Notes under the pieces: model-generated
What the model was told of the DNA's origin: nothing
The model's database searches: none
The model's input: the letters and a program-made list of their open reading frames with translations, nothing else
DNA from: Camelus ferus
Taxonomy: Eukaryota
Length of the DNA: 64,000 nt
Assembly (NCBI RefSeq): GCF_009834535.1
Contig: NC_045696.1
Coordinates: 8,682,001-8,746,000 of the forward strand
Direction: 5' to 3'
Made by a program: the position numbers and the translations under genes
Shown: piece after piece, positions 50,833 through 63,811 of the stretch
How the letters are laid out: the number at the start of each line of letters is the position of its first letter
Numbering within the stretch: the stretch's first letter is position 1

Positions 50833-53540
50833 GCTGCTCTATTCCCAGTTCAGCCATTTGGGTTAAAACCCTTAAAAATGGTAGTTATCAGTAAGTTTTC
50901 AAGCCAGATGATCGAGGCACTGGGTCAACAGTCACTCGCGGGGAATAGGGTTGGTCTGTGAAGATTCTGCAGGCAAGTTCTTCTAGCGGTGAAAATGTCC
51001 TTACAGCTGCTTGTGGAAATGTGATGGAGATTGGTGAACCCAGGTTTGGTTTCTCTTCTTTTCATCTTTTCTGACACTTCATTCTCTTATAGACTGTGGT
51101 TTCCCCTATGTGCCTAATTATGAAATTAACCAGCACCCCCGCTGCCCCACAAGCACATGACGTAACTTTGCCGTCCCTGTCTCTAATTTTCCAATAGTGT
51201 GCATTAGACTCAGTATGCATTAGACTCACCAAAGAATTTTACCTTGTGGCCTACTGAACAAAAGAATAAGATGCTATGTTTAATTATGCTCTGTCTAGAC
51301 AGGTTTCTGTCTCAAAATAATTTCACTGAAGCTTATGGAAATGTCTGCTTTGTTAGGCAGATGGGTTCCAACCAGCACCGCTCCCGCCATGAGAGAGGTT
51401 TCCAAGCCTGGATTTCACAATCGACATGTGTGCTCACAGGAACTGGAGGGGAAGTCACCCAGCCTCTCTGGTGGTTTGCTGAAGTCCTGGCTATTTTCCA
51501 CAGGAGCTAATCAAACATCTGAAATTAAAGGGAAGGATGAAAGAAGGAACAAATGGAAGAAGAAGGGAGAGGAGGGAGGGAGAGGGGGAGAGAGAACAGG
51601 GAACATCTGAAAGGGAGAGAAGGTGGAGGGGGGTAAAGAGAGAAAGAGAAAGACAGCCAAGAGTGAAATTCCAGAGGCCACTCCGCAGCTTTCTTTCACG
51701 TGTGTAATAAAGCCGTGATATCTATCTTAGACCACACGCAACCCATTCTCTTTACCGTGAGACTAGGATTATACACCACTGTGGATATTTCAGTTTTAAA
51801 AGTGCGTTGAGACCTGATATGATACCACATTAAACACATCTCCTATTGATTCTTTCTAACCTTGCAAAACGAGCTGCGCGGTTAAGTACCTTTTACTCCA
51901 GCCTGGCTGATGGGACCACAGATGTTAACTGCCGGGCTGAATTTCCTCGGAGGTCAGCAGACGGGGCCAGAGGGAGGTGACCCGGGGAACATCTTCTGGT
52001 CAGGGGACTATTTATCCTTGCAGCCCTCAAATCCAGTTTGAGGATGCATGTCTGGACAAGTCTGAATCATGGAGAAATTAAATCAAGCCTCACGACCTCC
52101 CTACCCACTGTTTAACCAGTCACACGGATGTGTGTGGCTTCTGAAAATCTGGAGTCTGTTATACAAGGAGAACATAATTCATGGTTTGGAAAGCTAAAGT
52201 TTCTTGTTCTCAAAGCTGATTTTCTCTAAGTTATGGCTTTGCTTCAAGTTATAAAAAAATTAAAATAACACTGTGATTTCTTCTACTCCTCTGGACTGTC
52301 TGCTTTAACACCTTTGCCCTTGGGATTCTGTTCTTCCCGTGTGTGGTGCTGTGGAGACGGAGCAGGTCTTTCTGTGAATGGTGTCAGTGCTGCCTGCAGA
52401 CTCCATGGGACAGGAAGTGGCTGCTGAAGCCAGTCACCGGGATTGAAACCCTCATTTACCATTTGTAAGACCTCAGGCTAGTGTTTCAGAGGATTTATTT
52501 TTCCATCTGGAAAATGGGATGATCATACTTGGGGTAAGAATCAGCAGTTAAAATGTATAGGGCATAATATATCCTCATGGAAAGGTGGTTATCAGTTTTT
52601 TTCCTGCTATTGTTATTGCTAATGTGATCATAGTTTTCATTTTCACCTGCTAGTCTGGATGGTGTCCCCATTTGTGGAGAATAATCGAATGGCAATGGGG
52701 ACCAGAATTCACCTCAGAGGAGGCAGGAGGACCCCCCCAACTCTGTGGGGTTGGGAGATGGCTGGGATGAAGACCCTCAGACTCCTCGTAGCCATGTTGG
52801 TTGGATTATATGTTATTATAATCCCTCCGACCATCTTTTGCTTAGCGCTGGAGTCACCTGCTTCGCTCTGGGTGGGGGCTGGAGAGGATGGTCCACACCA
52901 CCGGACTGTGAAGTGTGAGACGGCACAGGGCATGGCTGTCTGGTGTGTGATGCTCACCTGGGAACTAGCGTATGCACTGAATGAAAGAATGAAGACTTTG
53001 CACAGAAAGTGACCTGAAACTGTTTGTTGTACTTATTTAAGTTGAATGGAAAATGTTTGCACTGGAATTATAAGTAGAATTTATTAGAGCTCAGTTCACG
53101 AAGAGTTGGCATGTCATACGAGGAGTGGGGAAGGAAACTGATGTCTAGGACACGAGGGACTTTTTGGGTGGACACTTGGGAAAGGTATCTGGCTCATCCT
53201 GGGCCAGTGGGAAACTGGGATGAGGACACAGGGTAGGGAGGAAGGGGAGCAGAGCAGGGTGGGGAGGTGGTAGCTGCTGGCAGCTTGGAATCTGCAGAAG
53301 AGTGGGTGTGATACAAAGGGACGGTGCACGGGTGTGCGGGTGTGAGGTGTGCATGGTGCAGGCGGCCAGGGCACGTGTGTGTGTGTACGAGTGCCTGTCT
53401 GCATACGGGGAGGATGTGTGTGTGTGTTATAGGGGGTACAGATGCGTGGGTGCCTGGTGCGCATTTTGGCGCAGATGTGTGTGCACACGAGGGTCTGTGC
53501 ACGTGAGCACGTGGTACAGGCAGGTGGTGTTTGTGTGCCT

Positions 53541-54019
53541 TGTCGACTGAAATAAATGCGCAGCCTAAAAGTTGAGAGTTGTTTTATTTGGTGGGAGGAC
53601 TCGAGCCGGGATGGATGACAGCCTCTCAGATGGCTCTGAGGGACTGCTCCGAAGAGGCAGGGGAGGAGCTAGGATATACAGGAGCTTTACAACAAAGACC
53701 AGGTAGTTGGAACAATAAGATTACTTGTTATCTAAAGAAAAACAGGCACCTCAAGTTAAAGAATTTAGTGCTATTCTATGTATGGGAGGAAGCAAACATT
53801 TGGGCTCATTGAATTCACTCCTTTGACAAGCACCTAGCTATCTAGGGCCAGTATCCTGTCCTTTCTTATTCTGAGTCCCCTCAGGGGGCACCATTGTGAG
53901 TGGCTGCAGAGGCTGGGCTGCAGGCTTGTCTTCACTGGGGGGTGGCGGCAGCAGCTGATGACTTGATGGCTTCAGCACTCTTTGTTCATTGATATGGTTT
54001 GCAGTATTTTTTGTTCACA
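53541..54019 (-). mobile_element. ERV1-class solo LTR, intact ends
   Basis: TG...CA, perfect 4-bp TSD gcct, AATAAA on the minus strand; splits a degenerate GT-rich tract (53300-54180). Confidence 0.9.
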
Positions 54020-54237
54020 GCCTGATGTCTGTGTGCATTGCTTACGGGTAATGCAGGTGTTCAGTGTGTCTCTGGGGCACAGGCTGTGTGTGCGCGTGTA
54101 TGGTGGGTGTGCACATGGTGCCTGTGGCAGCGCATGCGTATGGTGCAGGGACACTGTGCAGGTGCGGTGCAGGTGTGCCCAGCGTAGAGGTGGTCCGTTT
54201 GCTACAGGCATGAGGTGGAAACACCCCATACTGGATG

Positions 54238-54410
54238 TCGTGGTTCTCAAGTGTAGTTTCTGCACCAGCAGGCATCAGCGTCTCCTGGGAACTCGCTAGA
54301 GAGGAAGAATCTCAGCCCTACCCGAGACCCACCGGATCAGATATTCTGAGGGTGGATGCAACCTGGGGGTCTCACAAGCCCCCTGGGGGATTCTGACACA
54401 GCCCACCTGT
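54238..54410. mobile_element. MER5A-like hAT element (similar copies at ~44200-44350 and ~61500-61630)
   Basis: gtggttctcaagtgtag...catcagcgtctcctgggaactcgctaga...aatctcagccc. Confidence 0.75.
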
Positions 54411-54857
54411 GAGCATCGGTGCCCTTGTCCATGTCCTGCTCTTTTCCAGCTTTCTCTCCATCATCACAGATGGCGTATTTCTCTTCTTCCCTCCTGGGAT
54501 GCCATCTTGGCAGTGACTCCCGACATGATAGAGGAGGACTGGAGACGGGGAGGCTGGAAATTGGATGCTCTGTGCTAGTAGCATTTGACTGTGCCATTTT
54601 TCCCTTAAAACGGAATGTCCATCACTTTTGAACTATAGAACCCTGACTTTTTACTTAACTGGATGATAATGGAAGATGGCTTGTGGACTTAGAAGATAGC
54701 TACTCTGAGACTCTGTTTCTTCCTTTGAGGAACAGGTTTGCAGTGAGGATAAGGCATCACGGTAAATGGTAAGGCACCTACAAAATGCCCAGGACAGGAC
54801 AGGAGCTGGCAAGTGTCCCAGCTCCTTCCTCTGCCCAACCCTGGGACTGAAAGGGAC

Positions 54858-55412
54858 TGAAGGGGTAGGACCCTGTGGGGTCCTCCCTGGCATCAATCTT
54901 TTCTGTATTCTTGTTTACAAGAAATAGGCTTCACTGGGCCTCCTTGACCTTCCCTGAGCTCCAAAGGGCAGATTCACACAGTTGCTAATCAGGGAAGGGA
55001 GGGGATGCAGAGACAAGGGAGGAAAAGTCAAGAAACAATAGCACAGCCTTGGGACAGGGTCCTGGTTCCTCCTAAAGGGACAGACATAATACCTTTGAGT
55101 TCTTCTGCAGGAAGTAAGGCCCCCACCCAGGTGGAGGATGGCAACTTTAGGCTGAGCACAAGATTTCCAGAACACCACCCTGTTACCTCACCACCAACCA
55201 ATCAGAAGAAAGTCACACACCCTGCCGCCCTCACCCCAACTTTTGCCTATAAAAACTTATCCCCGAAAACCACCAGGAAGTGCAGATCTTTCGAGCATGA
55301 ACTGCCCATCTTTGCTTCACTCTGCAGTAAACCTTTCTCTGTTCCAAACTCTGACGCTTCAGTTTGTTTGGCCTCACGGTGCAGCGGGCACATGAACTTC
55401 TGTTTGGTCACA
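54858..55412 (+). mobile_element. ERV1-class solo LTR
   Basis: TG...CA, near-TSD ggac/gtac, CCAAT ~55198, TATAAAA 55248, AGTAAA 55326. Confidence 0.8.
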
Positions 55413-56089
55413 GTACCAAGTCCCAGGAAGAGTAATAATAATGCCTTTGGAAACAACACCCAGCATGGGAGTGTCTTGGGTTCTTCTGATCTGGGTCTGG
55501 TCTGAGGTGGAAGCGGGGTTTCCCCAGCTTTTCCCACACAGGTCCTCCAGCTCCCGTGTTCCTTCAGCCTCACGAATGTAGATCAGGGCACCTGGCAGAC
55601 TCTTACCTAACCTCCTGATTTTGCAGGGATGCAGATGATGCGTGTAGCTCACACACCTAGTTCAGGAGCAGGAGCCTCCCTTTCTCCAAGTCTTTCAGCC
55701 AGTGGATCCCTACTTCTCTGCTTTTCCACTGGGCTTTGTGAAAGTAGAAAGAAAGAAAACATCTTATTGAGTTCAAGTAGCTGGATGGCCCTGCCTTGAG
55801 CAACCTATTGCTCCTCCCCGTGTCAATTTCCTTACCTGTAAAATGGGGATGATTCTTGTCCATGCACTGTTGAGGTTACAGGAAAATGAGGGTTAGGCAG
55901 AACGATTTCCAAAGAGCTGCTGCTCTGGTTTGCTTCCCAGTTCTTCTACTTCTCTGTTATTTCCAAGTCAAATTTAGCTTGAGATGCCTGAGAAGTATCT
56001 CTCAAAGGCTTTACAAATTTTCGCTGAGGCTCCTCTCCAGGACTCTCAAGGTCTTTCTTGGTAGGTGTACTGATTGTTTTTGAAGTTCG

Positions 56090-57665
56090 AAAATAGTCTC
56101 TTTTGCAGAGGTCGTGAGGAAACAGGCCCTTTTATAGACTGTTGGTGGGAATGCATCAGGGTACCGTCCCCGATGGAGAGAATTTAGCAATATTACATGT
56201 CTGTACCTTTAAATCAAATAATCTTACTTCTAGAAATCTGTTCCGAGTATAAACTAACAAAATATGAAAAAAATGAACACAAAAGCCTATTCACGTGGCA
56301 GTAATCACAGCAGAGAAAGACTGGCGATAAGTGAGATGCTCATCAGGAGGGCAAAGTGGAGCAGCCCATGCCACACCCACACAGCGGACTGAGTACAAGA
56401 GAGGAAGGACTAACACACACACTGTTGCAGAGGGATCTCTCGGAGATATGCAAAACACAAGGTGAAGATCAGACTGTACGGTGTGGTACCTTTTATCTAA
56501 GAAAAGAATTGACTTAATATTTAAAATGTAAAAACAATATGTCAAGAAACAACAATTAATAAAAATGGAAGCTAGAGTTTTTGTAATGTATCTTGTATAT
56601 TTTGAAACACAGAAATATTTTACGAAATTATAAAACAAAATGTAAAGAAAGTGATCCCTTAATTCAAAAGCAAAATTGAATAAAAACCAATCTGAGTATT
56701 AACCATATGGAAAGGAATTATTTCGAATGGCCTTAACCTTCATTTATTTGGCTGCAGTAGGATATATTGTAAGACAAAAAGAACTACAAATAAGTCCAAC
56801 TACTTTCAGTAATTATATTGTTAGTGATATGTTTATAGGGTTATTCTGAACCTTTTTATACATACATTAAGATAAAGCACATAATATTATATTAATGTCA
56901 TAAAGGGCCAAGTTTTTCGACATAAGAGAAAAAGAGAATCAAATAGAAAATCAAAGACATTACATAAAAACCTGTAACCTTAAACTTGAGTTGGAAATAT
57001 CAGTGTGAATCCTGAAGTATTTCTCTTAAAAATATTTTCTGACTGTGTCCACGGAAAAAGCTTAGAACTAACAACCAGTCCAGAAGCAAGGAGCTCCTTA
57101 GAATTTATACTGTAGTCTTCAAATGCCTTTCCTGCTGAAAGGACCCAGGGTGCCTCGGAAAAACTGGTTGAGTCCAAGCTGAGATGGGGAAAGTTTAGGG
57201 TGAGCCTGTGACATCTTGTCACATGGGAAAGCAAGGAAACCAAAGACTACTGAGCTGTGACAAAAGATTCAAAACCCACAGGAGCCAAAAAGCAAAGGTT
57301 CTTACTAGACAAAGACAAAACAACTGTGTCCCAAAGATGGATAGAAAAAGAACAACATCGCAAAGTATTGAAACCCAGAGCGTCTGTTAAAATCCATGCA
57401 TTCATAACAATATTTAAAAGCATGTATGCTCCCTTTGTAGTATGCTAGGAACCAACTCATTCTGAAAACTGACAAGTAAAGGAATAGATTCAACATTTAA
57501 CTTTGTCTGTATAGGGCTGAACCACAGGATAACTAAATAGTTGAGGAAGCAAAGTTCCTCTTTCTTAGAAGAATTCCAGTTAATAAAGAAATAATTAGGA
57601 GTTCGCATACCACCATTTTCCAATCCCTAATGAAATAATGGACCGATGAAACCACTGTGGGATGG
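56090..57665 (+). mobile_element. L1MC/MD-type 3' region
   Basis: actgttggtgggaatg...aatcttacttctagaaatct...ataactaaatagttgagg...agaagaattccagttaataaa. Confidence 0.65.
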
Positions 57666-59181
57666 CTAGTGTTAGTGCAACCTTTCTCACAAGTCTTAGT
57701 TTCGCGATTGCTATCAATAATTGTGAAATGAAAGCTGCTGTCTTCTATGGAAATTACAGGGGACAAGAGGAGGCGGCAGGTTTGGAGCTGGGAGACCCAC
57801 CCTTTGCATGGACTTACCTCCTGCAGCTGTCCGCGAAGTGGCAGCTCACGCCAAATCAGAGGTGCAGAAACTCTCGGATGCCCCCCTGGCTTCCGGGAAG
57901 GCAGCAGTGGAGGGTGGACATCTGACTTTTCTTCCTATGATAAGGTGCTAGTTCCTGGATGCTTTCCCAGATGCCTCATGGCTGCGTCTGTGCAGCCATG
58001 GAGAAGGAAGATTTCCACAGCTGATCGTGCTCTGAAATAATACCACTCTGATTAAATCTTAACACAGATTAAATCAACTTGAACATATTTTACAGCCCTG
58101 GTGTCACTCATCTGGTGATCAGGAATAGACAAGGTCTTCTAATATTGTAGGAAAAACATCTTTTCTCTGAAAAACTCAGTTCCTCTGATGGTACAGTTGA
58201 CAAAGACAGCACTGAGTTTTCAGTGCTTCTCTGTGAATCTTTCTCTTGTATCTGCTACTCAGCAAAAAAAAAAAAAAGACTAAATCATCAGCCTAAGAGT
58301 GTGCAGTGCCCCAGGGAGTCAGAGCTGACACTTGCCCAGAACATCTGGCTTCAAGAATGCTAACCCGACTGTCACCAGCAGCTTAGCTGCTCTGCACTTG
58401 GTGCTGGGCAAGCTCCTTTTAGATGAATCGGCGAAAATCTGTCATTAGAACCATCTCGCTTTCTCTCAAAACCTTGGGAACAAATTGGGTACGTGGTTTT
58501 CCCACCCACGGTCCTCAGTAATCATCTTTTTCTGCCTATTTTTATTTTCAGAGACTGAAAAGGGTGGCTTCTTAAACTTGATCTGAATAGCAGCTGGGGA
58601 AGAAAGATGAGTAGCTGTTGGTTGTGGTATGGTAACCATTTTGCCCTCTGCCAGATTTTATTTCTGTTGTTGTAATAGAGAGAAAATTAGCAGTCCACTT
58701 GTTCCAATGATTTTAGGATGGGAACTAAAGGCGAGGTCTTTCAAGTCTGTTTTTTTGTTTTTTGCCTTCAAAGTATTCTCTTTTGTTCTGAAGATCACAG
58801 TCAGTTGATAGTATTATCATTTTGCTATTTAATATAAGAATAAACATCGAAAGAAAGACGTTTTTGTGGCTTACTATTCTTTTATATATTTTTTTTCAAT
58901 TTTATTTTATTGCTCTTTGAACACATGCTTGAATTCTTTCCTCTTCTATGAATGTTACGTGCATTTTACTTCAGTCATTGGCCCTGGTCATTTATTATCT
59001 GTGTTTCCCATTTGAGTGAAATCATTAGACCTTGGAGATTTTGTTTGTTTGTTTTCATTTTGTCCTTCAAAGTTAAAAGCTTGTTTTTGAAATGTATAAT
59101 GTATTCCCCACTTTATTAATTTAAGATTTCTTTCTTGAAAATGTCATTAACAATTAATTTAAACTATTGGAAGACAGCTAC

Positions 59182-59391
59182 CCGGATGTTACAGGCTTCA
59201 GTCTTTCATTTCTGGTGATGGGGAGGGAGACTGCCTTGTTACAGAGGTGCTCATGAATGGTATGCGCTGTGACGTCAGCGGCTGCAGTGGTGTACGACAG
59301 GGTGAAGTTTATCTGAGATGACCTAGAATGATTGAAATAGAAGGATCCTCGAAATCTGATGGTCCTTTAGGTGATGGTGAAATGAGCTTGT
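59182..59391 (-). pseudogene. Exon remnant
   Basis: cacaatag|; open RTIRFRGSFYFNHSRSSQINFTLSYTTAAADVTAHTIHEHLCNKAVSLPITRNERLKPVTS; donor gg|gtagct. Confidence 0.45.
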
Positions 59392-59409
59392 CTATTGTGA
59401 TGTGGGAAA

Positions 59410-59625
59410 AAGGAGCAGAGGGTCATGGAGCCTGGGCTTAATATTCCACGTCTGTCACTTGCTGGATCGTTGACCTTGGGCAAGCTGCTTCACCTCTCTA
59501 GGCCTCAGTTTCTTTACCAGTAAAGTGGGTTGGTTATAGTACCCACCTGATTGGGTTGTTATACTATTACATAAATCCATAGGTAGTCATCTGCCTGTGC
59601 CTGGAACATGGTGAGCACCATGTAA
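59410..59625. mobile_element. MIR (other MIR-like pieces at ~20790, 32600, 35540, 46020, 46270, 48460, 55800)
   Basis: Core tgaccttgggcaagctgcttcacctctctaggcctcagtttc...taaagtggg. Confidence 0.8.
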
Positions 59626-60643
59626 GTGTCTGGTGAATTAATTAAAATAAAATACTACATTTCAGAAGTGGAATGCCTCGTCGATCATAAACATAATCAC
59701 AGAGTTAATTGCTCTGTGTTGAAGACAGAACAAAGGAACAAACCAAAGAATCACCTCTCGCCTAGGAAAAATGATAACCCAAACTGCCAGGTTATAAAGT
59801 GTCAGACTGAATAAATTTTATAAACCATTCAGTCTTCTCCTAGGGCAGTCTGGTATGAGGGTAGAAGAGAGGATGGGAGACTCATTGCCAAGTCTTCAAC
59901 AGAGAGACAGATTAGCAGTTAGTATACTAAGTGTGGGTGGGTTACAAACTTAGCTGGAGGCGCTCCCCTACCCTCTAGTAAGTTACAAACCTTTCTTCTG
60001 GTTGTGAGCAGCTTTCATGTCACAGGAAGTAGGACTGTTTCAAATTAGCACTTAACTGCCCAGGTTTTGGTGAAATAAAAGGGATGAGCTACGGTCTCAG
60101 GCACATGGAGAAACAGATGAATTTTAGATACAAAAAAAGAAAGCAAGTAAACAGAAAGTCAGACAGACAGAGAGGAGGCATGGAAGGAAAGAAAGAAGGA
60201 AGAAAGAAAAAAGAAAGAAAGAAAAAAAGGAGAAAAAAAAAAAACAAAGGCAAATCATTGAGGAAGGGGAAGTTTGCTGTTTTATTAGTGAGTTTCTTCA
60301 AAATCTATTAGGAAAACCTTCATTCAGAAGGACACTTGGGTCTTTTAAAATTATTTTTCAAAAAGTGGAGGCAAAGGAGGGTAGCTGTCAGCTTCCCTTG
60401 GGTTTCTTGGGTTAAGATGTTTCTTCTTTTTGTTTCCGGTTGGTGTGTAGGAGGCAGGAGGAAGACCTTGAGGCAACGCAGTGCAGACCTTGATTCTGAC
60501 AGGCAGTCGTTTCAGACTAGACCAGACAGGCAGAAGTGCTGGTTTATCCTCTTGCACGATTTTGAGGCTGCAGAGCCATGAGCTGTGCTGGTTCCCAGAA
60601 ACAGAACCCGCAGTTTGAACCAGCAAAAAACTACAAACTATAC

Positions 60644-60822
60644 CAGGTAAAGAAAAGACACCAACTCTTGAGGCAGACTTGGTGGTCATTTTTACACCAG
60701 AAGGGGGAAGCGAGAATATCAAGCATTGAAAAGGAAACTGGATGATCAGATGATCAGCTTCAGTTCTGATGGAAATGATTAACTCAGAAGCGACAATGGT
60801 GGAATCAACAATTTTCATGTTC
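60644..60822 (-). pseudogene. Exon remnant (frame stays open to 60351)
   Basis: tattttccag|NMKIVDSTIVASELIISIRTEADHLIIQFPFQCLIFSLPPSGVKMTTKSASRVGVFSLP|gtatag. Confidence 0.6.
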
Positions 60823-61059
60823 CTGGAAAATACTATTATTCATCTTACTAGGATTTTAGGCTCTTGTTTCTTTTAAAAGTTTTTAATGTGTTTAGGTAAT
60901 TGAACATGCTTTCAAGGATGTGGAAGTTGCCAGGATATGTTGACAAATCCTTGTGTAACTTTATCATCAGCACAGTTTACAAATAAGCCATATGGAAACA
61001 CTATATATATATTATATACACACACACACACACACACATTTAAAGCTAGAGACTGCAAT

Positions 61060-61222
61060 AAGGTTACCAGACAAAATATAGGATGCTTAATTAAATTTGG
61101 ATTTCTGATAAATTTATTATTAAAGGATGTCCAAATGCTGCATGAGACATGCTAAAACATTATTCAATATTGATCTAAAATTTAAATTTAACTGAGTGTC
61201 CTGAACTTGCTAAATCTGGCCA
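61060..61222. mobile_element. MER53 palindromic MITE (partial second copy at ~34620-34760)
   Basis: ggttaccagacaaaatataggatg..ttaaatttggatttc ... aaatttaactgagtgtcctg..gctaaatctggc. Confidence 0.75.
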
Positions 61223-61294
61223 TTCTATTTTGGAAAAATCAAGTGTGATATGGTTATTTAGTCCTTCAGGAAGTAGCTACTCTTCCAATAATGC

Positions 61295-61440
61295 TTTTTT
61301 TCTTGGAGGGCAGAGGTAATTATGTCTATTTATTAATTTAATTTTTGTGTGTGTGTGTGTGGAGGTGCTGGGGAATTGAACACAGGACCTCATGCTTGCT
61401 AAGCATGGACTCTACCACTGAGCTACACCCTCTTCTCCCT
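61295..61440 (-). mobile_element. Vic-like SINE
   Basis: ggaattgaacacaggacctcatgcttgctaagcatggactctaccactgagctacaccc. Confidence 0.88.
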
Positions 61441-61789
61441 GTAGTCATTTCTTTTAACCAGCTAACCATCCTTCCTGGGATGGCACACTGTCTATCACAC
61501 TGCTTCTCCAATTGTAATGTGCCTACAGGTCACTCAGGTGCCTTGTTAAAACCTGGCTTCTGATTGGGCAGGTGATGCCTGTGCTGCTGGTCATTGGACC
61601 ACTAGCATTATGCCTTTTGGACCACACTTCAGTGAAGTATCCTAGATTCCACTGCTCATTTTCAGCTAAAACATAAATAAAACTAGCATTAAAATGTTTT
61701 ATTCACACTTCTTCCATTTTTGTGGATTCTTTATTCTATTTCTATTTATTTATTCTCTTTTTAAAGTCAGAAGATGCTAAATGTTATGT

Positions 61790-62088
61790 CTTTTGTTAAT
61801 GGAAGAAAACTGTATTAGGCTGTGAGAAAGTTCTGGAAAAGCACATGTTCCAGGAATTGGTCATTAGATTGTTCATCCGTTCGTATTTCTGGAAGAGCCT
61901 GAAGTGTCATCAGAAAAATCACATGATTGTACTCGGTTAACAGGCCATCCCAGGAGCCAAGTTCCAAAGAGTGTCTGTTACTGAGCATGAAGAGCCTGCT
62001 GGAAGTGCTGTTTTTTATGACACTGAACTCTGTTAGGGGAAAGCATGTTGAAATGATTTCAACATCTGCATATAAAGGCTCAAAAGTC
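61790..62088 (-). pseudogene. Exon remnant, ~90 open codons
   Basis: ttttcattttaaaag|TFEPLYADVEIISTCFPLTEFSVIK...WDGLLTEYNHVIFLMTLQALPEIR...FLEHVLFQNFLTA*. Confidence 0.6.
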
Positions 62089-62789
62089 CTTTTAAAATGA
62101 AAATCCCAGATTAACAGCTGAGGATATTTGTTGCCAGGTATTTTGAGCCCTCCAATGGCAAAACCCAGATGAAGAAGGGGGCGATGCTTGTCAATCAGGA
62201 GGGCACTCATTATTCTCACCAGGGCTCACACCTAATTCCCATCACCTGGCCACCAAGGAGAGGGCTTCGTGCCTTCCCTGGATGCAAACAGCGTCGGATT
62301 AAATCGTCCCCGTGTTGGAAGTGTCCTGTCTGCTACCGACCCCCTACAACTACCGTGCAGAGAGTTAGGCGGCAAAGGATGTGTTGACAGGCTGTGAGTC
62401 TGCTTCTTCTCCCTGTGTCTGATGTGGCTTCTGTGTCAGACACAGGGCAGACAGGGAGGGGGAGGAAGCTGGCTGGGAGGGGCATGGAGACGGGAAAAAC
62501 TGCTAGACAACTTTTCTGGCAGAAGCTTAACTGTTTAAATAAAGAGAGGGAATTTTAAGAAACGGAGTCTGCTAAAGAATGAGTTGAAAATATATTTCCT
62601 TTGAGAATTTCGAATGCCATCTCCTTAGAGACTCGTGAGGCTGGAGGTGTAGATGGTTTGATTCTGCCTTTTGGGAATCCTCAAGACCCATCTAAGAATG
62701 AGGGTCTTCTCTTGCATTCTTTTGAAGGCACAGAAACCCAGGGAATGGGTGAAAAGGTGCAAAAGGGGCAACTGAAAAATCATCCCCAA

Positions 62790-63085
62790 AGTTAGACACT
62801 AGTATCATATCAATGATCATTTCCTGATTTTGCTAATTGCACTGAATTTACTGAAGAGAATATCCTTCTTCTTAGGAAATACACACTGAAATATTTGGTA
62901 AAGGGACATCTTGTCTGCAATTTACTCTCAAAGGATTCTTAAGATAGAAAATGACAAAATGAAAATGATCCAATGTTGAGAGTTGGGAAATCTGGTGCAG
63001 GTATAAACTGAGTCCTCAGCACTATTTTTGTAATTCTTTTTCTGTAAGTTTAAAATTATTTCAAAATAAAAAGTTTTACTAAAAA
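62790..63085 (+). mobile_element. Old L1 3' end
   Basis: ttcttaggaaatacacactgaaatattt...ctgtaagtttaaaattatttcaaaataaaaag. Confidence 0.7.
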
Positions 63086-63122
63086 GGAAAGAAAAGATCT
63101 GCTTAGAATGAGGCTACCTAAC

Positions 63123-63379
63123 CGAGACCCATGCACTGCCTTCTCCCTTGAATTCCCGAGGGCGTGCTTCTTGTCTTCACAGTCAGTGCTGAGCCTGGCT
63201 GTCCTCTGGGGATGTCCCCATGCCATTGTTCCTCTGCTGACTGGTAAGACCTGGGGGTAGGGGCTGTCTCTTGGAGTCTCAGCTGAACATGAACTGCTTT
63301 AGTCAATAAACATTCATCTTTCTGAAGATGCTCAACCAACCTTTCTTTTAGTTGGGATTGGCTCATGGAAAGTGGAAAT
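63123..63379 (-). pseudogene. Fully open exon remnant (257 nt)
   Basis: tgcctccag|FPLSMSQSQLKERLVEHLQKDECLLTKAVHVQLRLQ...RQCMGL|gttagg. Confidence 0.65.
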
Positions 63380-63481
63380 CTGGAGGCAACATCTGGCTAA
63401 TTGCATTATCTGAATTCACGTGCACGAGTGTCTGTGTACTCCAGGCCCACCGCCCCCAGTTTCAGCATAGGGGTCACTCAC

Positions 63482-63610
63482 GAATCTCTCTGTAGAAGCT
63501 CACTGCTAGAACGGAGAGAATCCCCGCGTTGAGAACACAGCATTCTTCAAGCAGTTTGGTGCCCTAGACTGAGCTCTGTACCAGAGGATAAGTGACACAC
63601 TGTTATGCAG
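63482..63610 (-). pseudogene. Exon remnant with consensus splice sites
   Basis: ttttttgcccttttaag|LHNSVSLILWYRAQS / GTKLLEECCVLNAGILSVLAVSFYREI|gtgagt. Confidence 0.6.
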
Positions 63611-63811
63611 CTTAAAAGGGCAAAAAAGGAATGAACAGTTTTTACCAGTTCCATGCCTTTCCATGACCCCAAGCAAAATACTTTGTTTCCTCTTCTCTCT
63701 TGGTACAAGAAAATTCTTTAAAATGATTTAAGTCCTCACCTAATTTGTCAATTCTTTTTCCCTTTAAGTGCTAAAAAGCTTTAAAATTTTAAACCCTGTA
63801 ACATTAACTAC

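Noticed and set aside
53114..54300. Overlapping His/Thr/Cys/Val-rich ORFs
   Set aside because: Product of a degenerate GT-rich low-complexity tract and an LTR
55005..55505. Longest ORF (166 aa, plus strand) as a CDS
   Set aside because: Lies almost entirely within a solo LTR; no recognisable protein
21498..60790. Plus-strand coding gene built from scattered acceptors/donors (e.g. 21498, 23175, 29558-29608, 58549, 60700)
   Set aside because: Sites do not chain into consistent exons and are expected by chance; the minus-strand reading explains the same islands better. A plus-strand lncRNA is not excluded
8199..61856. Window-wide enrichment of TTC-N3-GAA STAT sites
   Set aside because: A 6-bp-specified motif is expected many times in 64 kb; only local clusters are reported
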